Of a stretch of 64,000 bases of DNA, positions 38,346-47,530 are shown piece by piece (position 1 is the first letter of the stretch; every line of letters begins with the position of its first letter). The position numbers and the translations under genes are program-made. Under the pieces are notes generated by a model. It was given only the letters and a program-made list of their open reading frames with translations. It was not told where the DNA came from and made no database searches. Where the stretch lies: NCBI RefSeq assembly GCF_038871235.1, contig NZ_JAVZIN010000003.1, positions 54,744 to 118,743 on the forward strand, in the 5' to 3' direction. The stretch is from Candidatus Hadarchaeum sp. (GTDB taxonomy: Archaea > Hadarchaeota > Hadarchaeia > Hadarchaeales > Hadarchaeaceae).

Positions 38346-38375
38346 ATTTCAAAATTATTTGAACTACTATTTAAA
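38346..38375 (-). promoter_or_regulatory. TATA box plus palindromic operator upstream of the permease (probably leaderless mRNA)
   Basis: ATTTCAAAATTATTTGAA (38346-63) and TATTTAAA (38368-75), about 25 nt from the ATG. Confidence 0.65.
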
Positions 38376-38421
38376 GATTAAGTCAGCCACGGTTAGAAGA
38401 AGCAGCTGGTCGTAATCTATT

Positions 38422-39570
38422 CTATACGTGGCAAATGCCTTTGTCCGACTCGATTGGCTCGGTTATGGTTTCACTTGGAGGTTGCTCCATCCAAACCGGC
38501 AACATCTTTTTCTCCCTTCTCAGAGTCTCGATGGTTTGAGCCGCTAAGGTTCTCTTCTTCAACGCTTCCTGCCTTATGGCTTCCAAACCGGGTCGCACGC
38601 TGGCAAGATCAATTACGGAAAATTTGCCCAGTTTTCCCGCTTCAGCGAAAGCTTCTTCCCCCAGTTCCGTCCTGATTAACACCGTCGATCTTCCTGCAGG
38701 TGAGCCCAAATATCCAATTGAGATGTCGGCCATTTCAGCTGAGAAGTTCGAGCAGATTCGGCAAGGCAGGTCAATGTATTTTCTTACTTCAGCGAGCGGG
38801 AGTTCCCGGGACGGGCCGTGCTTTAAGTAAATGATTAATTTCTCGTTTTTCAGGTCAAACTTGTTCACCGAAGCCAATGGTATCTGGAGGCTCTTTTCAA
38901 CGATATTTTTGAAAAAGTCTCCATACTTGAAGACACCACTGCAGAACAGACCTATTCTCAACTTTATCGCGTCCGAGATGTGCTCATTCTTGGGCGTTGA
39001 AAGCCCCATTCTTCTCGAGGCCACTATCTGGCAGGGTGTTCCGACTACGGCGACTTTTTTTCGATAATACATGTTCACCGCTTCGCGGAGCCCGAGTGAT
39101 ATCGGCCCCCGTGAGTATTTGGTTCCGGCGCACTCTAGCACCTCTTGTGGGGTTATAGCTACTTTAGCTACAGGATACCATGGAGTTTCAGCAGTTCCAG
39201 TGACAATCGCCGCGTCTATGAACCCGATCTCAAGCAATGAGCTGAGCAGAGCGGTCACCGCGCCACCATCTTGAGCACGGATTTTAGTGCTTGAATCATT
39301 AGCCTCCACCGAGAGGGCGTGCCTGTAAGTGCCGATCAGTTCGTCTTGGGGTGGGGCGCCAAAGACGGGGATCTGCAGGCTGTTGGGGTCAACGACCTCA
39401 GGACAGGTGCCGTAACAGATGCCGCAGTTAATACAGACACCCTTCAGCGCTGGTTTTTCATTAACCCTTTCCAGAGCCTGCACCGGACAGGTCGCCACAC
39501 AGCTACCGCAGCCTATGCAGTAATCAGGATTTACAACATCTTTGGCTAGATGCTGCCAGACCTTCACCAT
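38422..39570 (-). CDS. FrhB/FpoF-family F420-interacting flavo-iron-sulfur protein
   Basis: N-terminal CIGCGSCVATCP and CINCGICYGTCP, then AQDGGAVTALL, AGTKY, VGTPCQI, IGLFC and CRICSNFSAEMADISIG. Confidence 0.9.
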   Translation of the reverse strand: MVKVWQHLAKDVVNPDYCIGCGSCVATCPVQALERVNEKPALKGVCINCGICYGTCPEVVDPNSLQIPVFGAPPQDELIGTYRHALSVEANDSSTKIRAQDGGAVTALLSSLLEIGFIDAAIVTGTAETPWYPVAKVAITPQEVLECAGTKYSRGPISLGLREAVNMYYRKKVAVVGTPCQIVASRRMGLSTPKNEHISDAIKLRIGLFCSGVFKYGDFFKNIVEKSLQIPLASVNKFDLKNEKLIIYLKHGPSRELPLAEVRKYIDLPCRICSNFSAEMADISIGYLGSPAGRSTVLIRTELGEEAFAEAGKLGKFSVIDLASVRPGLEAIRQEALKKRTLAAQTIETLRREKKMLPVWMEQPPSETITEPIESDKGICHV

Positions 39571-39571
39571 A

Positions 39572-40690
39572 TTATTTCCTCTTAAACCCGTACTGTTCGG
39601 GATTATAAAAGGGCCAATCCACAACTTCGGCTTTCCTTTTTCTGCCGTGGATTTCTACCCCGAGGGTATCGCCCACCTTAACCTCGGGAAGCACATAGCC
39701 CATCGCGATCCCTATCTTCAAAAGGGGTGAGAAGGTTCCAGAAGACACCCAGCCGATCTTTTCGCCATTCCGGAAGATGCCGTAGCCTTGTCTAGGTATC
39801 CCAGGCTCGAGCATTCGTAGCCCAATTCTAATTTTCTTCAATCCTGATTTCTTTTGTTCCAGCAATGCCGCCCGCCCGACGAAGTCCCCCTTGTCAAGCT
39901 TGACCGCAAATTCTATTCTGGCCTCAAGGGGTGATATCTCCTCCGTGAGGTCGTTTCCATACAAACACAGGCCGGCTTCAAGGCGTAAGGTATCACGGGC
40001 CCCGAGTCCGCAGGGTTTGACCCCATATTCCTTACCAGCCTCCAGGATGGCCTTCCACAGACGCTCAGCCCGTTTAGGGTTGGCCTGCGGTTCGTCCAGC
40101 AGGAAAACTTCTAGACCATCTTCACCAGTATAACCGGTCCTGCTGATGAGTGCTTCTGTGCCGGCGACATTTACCCAGCTGGCCTTGAATCTCTTTATCT
40201 TGGCGAGATCAAAGTCGGTTAACTTTTGCAGCGTTGGTATCGCTTTTGGTCCTTGTAAAGCAAAAAGCGTCGTCGTCATAGTTATGTCCTTAATTTCCAC
40301 ATCAAACTTGTTCTTCTGGGTGAACCAATTTCCTATTTTTTCAACGTTAGCGGCGTTGCAGACCACTAGATAGTCGTTTTCAGCAAGGCGGTAGACCAGA
40401 ATGTCGTCGCGAGTTCCCCCTTGTTCGTTGGTCACCGTTGAATACTGGCTCCCTAGTATTTCAAGCTTGGAGACATCGTTGGTCGTCACCATTTGAAGAA
40501 ATCCCAGTGCTTCTCGTCCGCTCACTTTAAACTCTCCCATGTGGCTGACGTCAAAAAGTCCCGCCGCTTCCCGCACAGCCGTATGTTCTTCTGCCAAACT
40601 CGTGTAGCTCAGTGGCATCTCCCATCCTGCAAACTCGATCAGCTTTGCACCCAGCGAGCGATGGATGTGGGCTATGTGGAGCTGTTTCAT
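39572..40690 (-). CDS. gcvT: Glycine cleavage system aminomethyltransferase T
   Basis: FAGWEMP, GLFDVSHMG, ALQGP, SRTGYTGEDG, GLGARDTLRLEAG and SSGTFSP. Confidence 0.95.
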   Translation of the reverse strand: MKQLHIAHIHRSLGAKLIEFAGWEMPLSYTSLAEEHTAVREAAGLFDVSHMGEFKVSGREALGFLQMVTTNDVSKLEILGSQYSTVTNEQGGTRDDILVYRLAENDYLVVCNAANVEKIGNWFTQKNKFDVEIKDITMTTTLFALQGPKAIPTLQKLTDFDLAKIKRFKASWVNVAGTEALISRTGYTGEDGLEVFLLDEPQANPKRAERLWKAILEAGKEYGVKPCGLGARDTLRLEAGLCLYGNDLTEEISPLEARIEFAVKLDKGDFVGRAALLEQKKSGLKKIRIGLRMLEPGIPRQGYGIFRNGEKIGWVSSGTFSPLLKIGIAMGYVLPEVKVGDTLGVEIHGRKRKAEVVDWPFYNPEQYGFKRK

Positions 40691-40808
40691 GTTATCCCAT
40701 CACACCTCTTTACTCTTCTTTATTAGCTTTCTGTTTTAACTTTGGTTTCTTCCAACTAATTCTTTAATAATTTCTCAAGACGATTTTAGGCTACTGAAGG
40801 GGACGTTT

Positions 40809-40970
40809 TCAATGCCTTTTTTTCACAGCCTTTTTGGTGACCTCGCTTAGCCTCGCTTGCACATCCTTGGCTAGGGAGGTTGGTTCTTGTTCCTTCAAGA
40901 TCTTTTGCCATCTCCCCTAACCCTTTGCGCCATGCCCTTTCTGACCCCTATCAAATTTCCCTTCGGTCAT
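40809..40970 (-). pseudogene. Eroded 3' remnant of an MttB-family methyltransferase gene
   Basis: Minus strand, with frameshifts, reads KGMAQRVR/EMAK/KILKEQEPTSLAKDVQARLSEVTKKAVKK. This aligns to the C-terminus of the MttB-like ORF at 59861 (11/28 identities in the last block, counted by eye). Confidence 0.55.
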
Positions 40971-41284
40971 TTGGCACGTTTTTTAGATTGGAAGTTATTT
41001 GGGTAAGGGCCAAAAACTCGAAATTCCAAAGAATTCAGAACCCTTCAGCTGATGGAGGTTTAGCATTTGGTGGATGGTGCTTAAGGCAGAGAGACGGGAG
41101 AATCTTTTTTATTTAAGCAGCTTTTTATTATTATGTAAGGATTGAGATGGTAGGTTGAATGCGGCAGAGTATAGCACGGGACTTGATTAATCACGAGCTT
41201 TCCAGAATCAGGAAAGAGATTGAAATGAGTGGCCTGTCCAAATGGTCATCTCGGTTCTTTAATAAAAAAATAGGGTGATAAAAA

Positions 41285-42457
41285 ATGGATATAGATCTCT
41301 CTTTAAAGCTGGCTGGATTGGAGTTAAAAAACCCGATAATAGTGGCTGCCTCTGAGTTTTCCAGAAATGGGGCCACGATAAAGAAACTCTCGGAGTATGG
41401 TCCCGCCGCAATTGTGACCAAGACCATTGTCGCTCAACCAGTCCCCCACGTCAGGCCATGTTACGCGATGATTGAGGGTGGATTCATAAACTGTGTTTCT
41501 GGGAGCGACCTTTCTGCCGATCAGTGGTTCAAAGAGGAGATCAAGGTAGCTAAAGAAGGCGAGGCAAAGATAATAGCGAGCATAGCTGGTAGATTTCTTG
41601 AGGAGAGCATAGAACTGGCGAAAAGAGCTGAAGAAGCCGGAGCTGACATGATAGAATATGCAACCGCCTGTCCTCACTTAGCCGAAATATACAATACCAT
41701 GTTTCCGGGGTCGATGGGGCCACCAGAGGTCCACAATCCAGAGCCGCTGGCTAAGACGCTGTCGGAAATAAAAAAGGCCGTTAGCGTGCCGATAATGCCG
41801 AAATTTAGTTCCATATTTTTCGTAGATGCAGTGAAGTGGGCAAAAGCATCAGAAAAAGCGGGCGCGGATGCTATTGCAGCGGCCGATGCTTTAGGGCCGA
41901 TTCTGCAGATAGACATAGAAACAGGCCAACCTGTCCTCGGCGGACCAAAAGGTAGCGGCGGACTAACCGGTCCCGCAATCAAGCCCCTCGTCTTGAAAAT
42001 GGTGCTGGACATGGCTGAAAATATTAATATTCCGATAGTTGGTGTGGGGGGCGTTAGCAGTTGGAGGGACGCGATAGAGTACTTTATGGCTGGGGCAACT
42101 TGCGTTGGACTGGCTTCTGCCGTTCACCTGAGGGGGCCCAAAGTTATTCAACAAATCTTGGATGGCATCAAAAAATTCATGGTGGACAAAGGTTACTCTT
42201 CACTAAGCGAAATCAGGGGCCTCACCCATCGAAGGATAAAGGAGAGAGAAAGCAAAGGTAAACAGCTGATCACGACTTCTAAGGTGCCAGAAATCGATGT
42301 CGATAAGTGCAATGCGTGTGGACTCTGTCAAAGAGCCTGCATATATGAAGCCATAAAGATCGATGAGTTTGCTAGGATAGATCCGGTGAAATGTTTTGGC
42401 TGCAGACTGTGTGTGACAGTTTGTCCAACTAAGGCGTTGTCGCTGGATTATTATTGA
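41285..42457 (+). CDS. Dihydropyrimidine dehydrogenase PreA / class 1 DHODH-like FMN enzyme with a C-terminal 2x[4Fe-4S] domain; divergent active site
   Basis: LKNPIIVAA, VTKT, ACPH, GGLTGPAIKP, VGVGGV, CNACGLCQRAC and CFGCRLCVTVCP. Confidence 0.85.
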   Translation: MDIDLSLKLAGLELKNPIIVAASEFSRNGATIKKLSEYGPAAIVTKTIVAQPVPHVRPCYAMIEGGFINCVSGSDLSADQWFKEEIKVAKEGEAKIIASIAGRFLEESIELAKRAEEAGADMIEYATACPHLAEIYNTMFPGSMGPPEVHNPEPLAKTLSEIKKAVSVPIMPKFSSIFFVDAVKWAKASEKAGADAIAAADALGPILQIDIETGQPVLGGPKGSGGLTGPAIKPLVLKMVLDMAENINIPIVGVGGVSSWRDAIEYFMAGATCVGLASAVHLRGPKVIQQILDGIKKFMVDKGYSSLSEIRGLTHRRIKERESKGKQLITTSKVPEIDVDKCNACGLCQRACIYEAIKIDEFARIDPVKCFGCRLCVTVCPTKALSLDYY

Positions 42458-42763
42458 TGAATTTGGCAAATTTTCTTCGCATTGGAAACATTGCGTATAC
42501 ACTTCTGACTAGAGAACCGCTTAAAGGGCAAAGGGTCTGCTTTTCGTATAAAATGGGGTGATTAAAAAGAGCATTGTTTGACTAGGCTTGCGTTTTTGCA
42601 TGCTTCAGTTTATTTTGATAGAACAACGGCATACAAACGGGTTATCTTAATCTGGGAGCTTTTCAAAATAATGTAGGGGCGAGGTTTAAGTAAACCTCCT
42701 AGCTCGATATCTAGAGTTAACTATTTTGGCTGTCTGATTTAGTATAATAAAGGGACAAATATT

Positions 42764-43879
42764 CTAAATTTCCCCTTCGTACAAGTATTTATTCAACGTT
42801 TTTAGGTCCCAAGACGGATCTATTCCCATTTTTTCTACAGTTCTGCCGATGCTTCTGAAATCCCTATCCAGCAAAGCCTCGGCTATCGTAATCTCTGCAT
42901 CAACCACTGGCGTCGGGACGTTCAGCATGTCGCCCAGAGAAGAGAAAGTTACTAGCCCGTATGGTATATCCTCGAGCAAATGTCGCGTGTCAAGCCTGAA
43001 CGGACCCTCGCACATCTCTAAGAAAGGCGTGTGAATCGCCTCATATAGTGGAAGCACATAGTCCTCGCCGTGTGGATTCCATTTCACGTGAAGAATTTCC
43101 TCCTCCAGAGTGTAGGCCCTTATTCCGAGAGCTTTGGACAACGCCATTCTTTCCCGATCTACTCTCTCGGTTAGTCTGACTACTGAGGGTGTCAAGGCAT
43201 CTTTCCCGAAAAGATGGAAGCTCTTATCTCCTGATTCAATTCTGCCCGCGTTACATAGCATTGGTGGCGGGTGGGTGATAGCATTGTAGTCAACAAGAAC
43301 TGTTTCCAGTGGGCTTTGGGCTTTTCTCACTGAGTACATGGGGTAGGCTTTCTTCACCATTTCGACGACCTTATCGGTATTTTTATCCGGAAATGCGGTC
43401 GTTATTATCTCCCAAGTTCTCGACTCCAGTCTTACGACGTTATCCCCCATGTACGAGGCTCCGTAGGGCAGCGTGTTGGTATCGCCCAAGTAAACTTCCT
43501 TTTTAACGCCTAGTTCTTTAAACACTCTGTAATACTCGATCGCACCACCGCCTTTACCAAAATAGACTAGCGTTTGCCCGTCCTCTATGTGCGGAGCTAC
43601 CAGTTTGGCATAATTCCGCACACCAAAAAATGGTAACGGATTCACGATTAGATCAGCCCCCGAAATGGCTTCCTTTATATCTGTGGTTATCAGCGAAATC
43701 TTTGCGAATTCACCTGGTAGCTCTTCTTTTTTACCTATGAGTTTAATTCCTCCCTTCTCAATCACAGGTTTGAATCTCTCTCCAGTTCTCGAGTAAAAGC
43801 GGACCTCATGACCTCGCAGCGAAAAATCGGCCGCACACATGAAGCCCCCACTTCCCGAACCCAAAACAGCTATTTTTAT
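42764..43879 (-). CDS. NAD/NADP octopine/nopaline (opine) dehydrogenase family protein
   Basis: KIAVLGSGSGG, DTNTLPY, NAITHP, VDRERM and RHLLEDIPYGL. Start inferred at ATA 43879; the track gives TTG 43864. Confidence 0.85.
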   Translation of the reverse strand: MKIAVLGSGSGGFMCAADFSLRGHEVRFYSRTGERFKPVIEKGGIKLIGKKEELPGEFAKISLITTDIKEAISGADLIVNPLPFFGVRNYAKLVAPHIEDGQTLVYFGKGGGAIEYYRVFKELGVKKEVYLGDTNTLPYGASYMGDNVVRLESRTWEIITTAFPDKNTDKVVEMVKKAYPMYSVRKAQSPLETVLVDYNAITHPPPMLCNAGRIESGDKSFHLFGKDALTPSVVRLTERVDRERMALSKALGIRAYTLEEEILHVKWNPHGEDYVLPLYEAIHTPFLEMCEGPFRLDTRHLLEDIPYGLVTFSSLGDMLNVPTPVVDAEITIAEALLDRDFRSIGRTVEKMGIDPSWDLKTLNKYLYEGEI

Positions 43880-44075
43880 TTTATCACCCCTATTTTGTCA
43901 GCAATTGTTTCATATATATTCTTTTTCCTTTCTTGCTTCTAAGGGCTTCTTTCTATCTGCGAGAGCTAGGGATCAAGATTAAACACTTTTACCTACCCAA
44001 GTTGATATAACTCAATTCAATTTTTGTGTTATCTTATTTCCTAGTGCGTTTTTAAAGGGGCTTTTTCAATTAGGT

Positions 44076-45258
44076 ATGGGCAAATCCATGAATAAAAATT
44101 TGAACTATTTCAAAAATTCTGAAATAGTTTTTCAGTGGGGAGCGATTGAATATGTGCGTAAACTGGAAGGCAAACGGGCGGCGATTTTGACTGACATGTC
44201 ATCGATGGGAAAACTGGGATTTGTTAAAAAAATCTCCTCATTTCTTAGAGACTCAAATATTGATTCAAGGACAATTGCAAGTATTGAAAAGGGAGCCCAC
44301 GATAGATGAAATTTACCTTGGAGCAAAATCTCTCTTGGAATTTCAGCCTGATTTGATAATCGCTCTTGGTGGTGGATCAGTTATAGACGCTGCCAAGGCG
44401 ATGTGGATATTGTACGAATATCCAACAATTGATCGAGAAAAAATTTTCATTCCTTTCGCAATCCCGCCGCTTCGTAATAAGGCAAGGCTGGTAGCCATAC
44501 CCTCTACCAGCGGCACGGGTTCAGAAACCTCCTGTGCTGCGGTTTTCATCGAGCCAAATAAAAAGACAAAGCACCTGATTCTTTCTCGAGAGATAATACC
44601 CGATCTAGCCATCTTGGATCCAGAAATTCCGATGACCATGCCGCCAAGAATAACAGCCTCTAGCGGAATGGATGCCTTGAGTCACGCACTGGAGTCCTAT
44701 GTTTTCACACTTTCCAATGATTTTTCCGAAGCCGCGGCGTTGAAAGCAATAAAGTTGATATTTGAAAATTTGGAAAGAGCCTACAAAAACGGCAAAGATC
44801 AAACAGCCCGAGAAAAAATGCACTATGCGGCGACGTTGGCAGGAATTGCGATAAACAATTCCGGCACTGGACTTGCTCATGCCATGGATCACATAGGTCC
44901 CCAGTTCAACATCCCCCATGGTGTTGCATGCGCAATTCTGTTGCCCTATGTAATGGAATTTAATTTGGGTTCAGAAAGGGCGAGGAAGAAATACGCCGAA
45001 ATTGCGAGATTCGTCGGTCTGAATGGTAGAAACGAGGACGAACTCTCCAAAGGTCTGATAGAAGAGGTAAGAAGGCTCCAGTCGGCTCTTAATTTACCAG
45101 TCACTATCAAAGCTGCAGGGGTAACTGAGGAAGAATTTTTCAGTGTTTTGGAACTTATGGTCAAACATTCTTCGGAAAATTTCAGCGCTAAATTAAATCC
45201 AAGAGCATCAACTCCGTCAGATATCAGAGAACTGTATTTGAAGGCTTTTCACGGTTAG
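44076..45258 (+). pseudogene. Iron-containing alcohol dehydrogenase interrupted by a single +1 frameshift (pseudogene or sequence error)
   Basis: The N-terminus (IVFQWGAIEY...AAILTD...GFVKKI) is in one frame. EPTID, GGGSVIDAAK, PSTSGTGSE, DALSHALE and GLAHAM are in the +1 frame. The junction is at AAAAGGG 44287-44293. Confidence 0.8.
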
Positions 45259-45424
45259 AAAAGCCGTTATAATAGACTTGTTATGCTTTAAGAAGCAAAG
45301 ACCAACCTTTTAATACTTGGTCCTGTCTTGAAGATTGCCCAACAATAAGGTTTGCCTTTTTCTGGGACTCAAAAAGGAAGATTTTTAAAGTTAGTTCTTT
45401 TATTTAAACTGGAGGACTGAAAAA

Positions 45425-46768
45425 GTGAAAAAAGGAGAACTAGCCAAAGAACTGGGTGTTTGGGAAGCTTTCTTGCTCTCTGTCGGTGGCATGATCGGCG
45501 CTGCAATCTTTGTTCTCGGTGCTCAAACGGGCATGATCGCTGGTCCCTCGGCAATATTGGCTTGGGCGCTTGCTGGACTGCTGATGTTCATTATCGCCTT
45601 GGTGCTGGTGGAACAGGCGACGGTATTTCCTAGGGCCGGAGCGATACCAGCCTACGCCATGGAAACGTTTGGGAAGAGCTTTGCTGTAAGATCTTTCGCC
45701 AGCTTCTTAGGTGGATGGGGTTCATTAATAGGACAATGGTTCGGCGTTCCTTTTAGTGCTATGTACGTCGGAGGTTACGTGGTTTCCATAATTCCCAGTC
45801 TGGCAGGATACGAAACAATTATCACTTGGTTGGTCTTGACATTTGCGTTCCTGCTGAACATTTCAGGAATATCGATCACTGGAAAGGCTAACGCGGCGCT
45901 CACAGCATTATTGCTGGTGCTTATGCTCGCATTCTTCTTCAGAGGTGCCCCAGCAGTTAACCTTAATAACTACTCACCGTTTTTCGCCACCGGAGGCATA
46001 AACTTCCTGAAAGCGATCCCAATAGCGGCTTTGGGCTTCGGTGCTTGGCTGTCTATCCTAGCTGCGGCTGAGGAGATCAAAAACCCTGAAAAGACGCTCC
46101 CGAAGGCAATAGGTCTATCAATTCTAGTGACGACCGTATTTTACCTACTGATACTCTTCCCACTATATGGAACAGTAAACTGGCAGGAATTCACCCCGGA
46201 AAACCCATTCGCCTTTTGGGCGCCACTTTCCTATGCTGCGGTGAAATTTGCCCCTGCTGAATCTTGGGTACAACTGGTAATTTCTCTGGCAGCTATCTTG
46301 GCATTGATAACGACGGTCATAGCTCTGATGTTGTTGGCCAGCAGAGTAATATATGGTATGGGTAAGATAGGAATCTTCCCGTCCGGCTGTGGCTACGTCT
46401 GGGCGAGGAGGAGGACTCCAGCGGTAGCATTGATAATCGTGTACGTGGTTTCGATGATCCTAGGTTCAAACCCAGATTGGGTGATGGCAATAATCGTCAT
46501 AGGTACAGTAATGTACGCGATAGGTTTCTTAGTCGGAATCCTTTCGCATATCGGGCTTAGGATAAACAGAAAAGACATCAAGGCACCTTTCCGGGTTCCG
46601 GGTGGCATCGGTTTCTCAATAATAGCATTCGTGGCGTTGGCACTGCTACTCATCAATGTTTCAACGCTTGAGATCTGGTATTCGCTGCTCGCTGTAGTGG
46701 TAGGCATAGTGTACTTCGTAATAAGATATGCCTCCAGAACGGGAGTTTTCGCCAAGAAACCCAGTTAA
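45425..46768 (+). CDS. APC-family amino acid/polyamine permease
   Basis: GGMIGAAIF, AGPSAILAW, AEEIKNPEKTLPKAI, SRVIYGMG and APFRVPG. About 12 TM helices. Confidence 0.92.
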   Translation: MKKGELAKELGVWEAFLLSVGGMIGAAIFVLGAQTGMIAGPSAILAWALAGLLMFIIALVLVEQATVFPRAGAIPAYAMETFGKSFAVRSFASFLGGWGSLIGQWFGVPFSAMYVGGYVVSIIPSLAGYETIITWLVLTFAFLLNISGISITGKANAALTALLLVLMLAFFFRGAPAVNLNNYSPFFATGGINFLKAIPIAALGFGAWLSILAAAEEIKNPEKTLPKAIGLSILVTTVFYLLILFPLYGTVNWQEFTPENPFAFWAPLSYAAVKFAPAESWVQLVISLAAILALITTVIALMLLASRVIYGMGKIGIFPSGCGYVWARRRTPAVALIIVYVVSMILGSNPDWVMAIIVIGTVMYAIGFLVGILSHIGLRINRKDIKAPFRVPGGIGFSIIAFVALALLLINVSTLEIWYSLLAVVVGIVYFVIRYASRTGVFAKKPS

Positions 46769-46774
46769 TTAAAT

Positions 46775-46790
46775 CTTTTTTGTTTTTTGT
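46775..46790 (+). terminator. Putative archaeal oligo-T terminator
   Basis: Tandem T-runs just after the permease stop codon, in a convergent intergenic region. Confidence 0.4.
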
Positions 46791-46939
46791 CTTACTCATT
46801 CGGCTAGTTGTATTTAGGCATAGCTTTGCCGAGGTTTAAAAATTTCCTAAAACAAAACTAAAAAAAGCTAATTGGAAGTCACGGATAAAATTGCAATTTC
46901 ATCTTAAGGAAAAATTAAATTTTGACCAAAATGGTAGCA

Positions 46940-47530
46940 TTAAATAGATTTCAGACCTAGGTCAAAGGCCTTCAAGTTCATATCTACTGTTTTTCGGGGC
47001 ACGTTTTCCGTTATGACTTGTCTTAGCGTTTCCGTTGAGAATGGCAACTTTCCGGTGGCTGCTAGAGCGCCGAGCATGACAACGTTGAGTGTTCTAACAT
47101 TACCAGCCTGTTGGGCGAGGGAAGTACCGTCAATTTCGATTATTTTACCGCCCAGCTTAGCCACAGCGTCTCTTATTTGCTCCATGTTTGGATATTTCGC
47201 CCGGCCTATGTTAACGTTCACAGGCAACCATTCATGGGTGTTCGTCAAGAGAAGCCCTCCTTTCGCCATAAAATCAACAACATTTCGTAATCCCTCCAAA
47301 GGTTCCATCGCCAGAACTATTTCAGCACCACCGCGGGGAACCAGCGGAGCGTTTACATCCTCACCTATCCGGACATGGCTGGCGACAGCACCTCCACGCA
47401 TAGCAGCGCCGAAGGTCTCGCCTACTCGAGCTCTGAGGCCGTCCCTAATTGCAGCCATTGCCACCATATGCGAAGCCAAGACACTGCCTTGGCCTCCAAC
47501 CCCCGCTATGATTAAGTTTAAGTTTTTCAT
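46940..47530 (-). CDS. iorB: Indolepyruvate:ferredoxin oxidoreductase beta subunit
   Basis: IAGVGGQG, ETFGAAMRGGAVASHVRIG, MEPLEGLR and NVVMLGAL. Confidence 0.92.
   Translation of the reverse strand: MKNLNLIIAGVGGQGSVLASHMVAMAAIRDGLRARVGETFGAAMRGGAVASHVRIGEDVNAPLVPRGGAEIVLAMEPLEGLRNVVDFMAKGGLLLTNTHEWLPVNVNIGRAKYPNMEQIRDAVAKLGGKIIEIDGTSLAQQAGNVRTLNVVMLGALAATGKLPFSTETLRQVITENVPRKTVDMNLKAFDLGLKSI

Noticed and set aside
42681-42698. Inverted repeat GAGGTTTA-AG-TAAACCTC
   Set aside because: A single short hairpin between convergent genes. I saw no second copy, target duplication or transposase, so it is at most a terminator element.
44286-44294. Programmed -1 frameshift at A AAG GGA in the Fe-ADH gene
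   Set aside because: The heptamer fits X XXY YYZ, but the downstream domain is in the +1 frame, so -1 slippage would not restore it.
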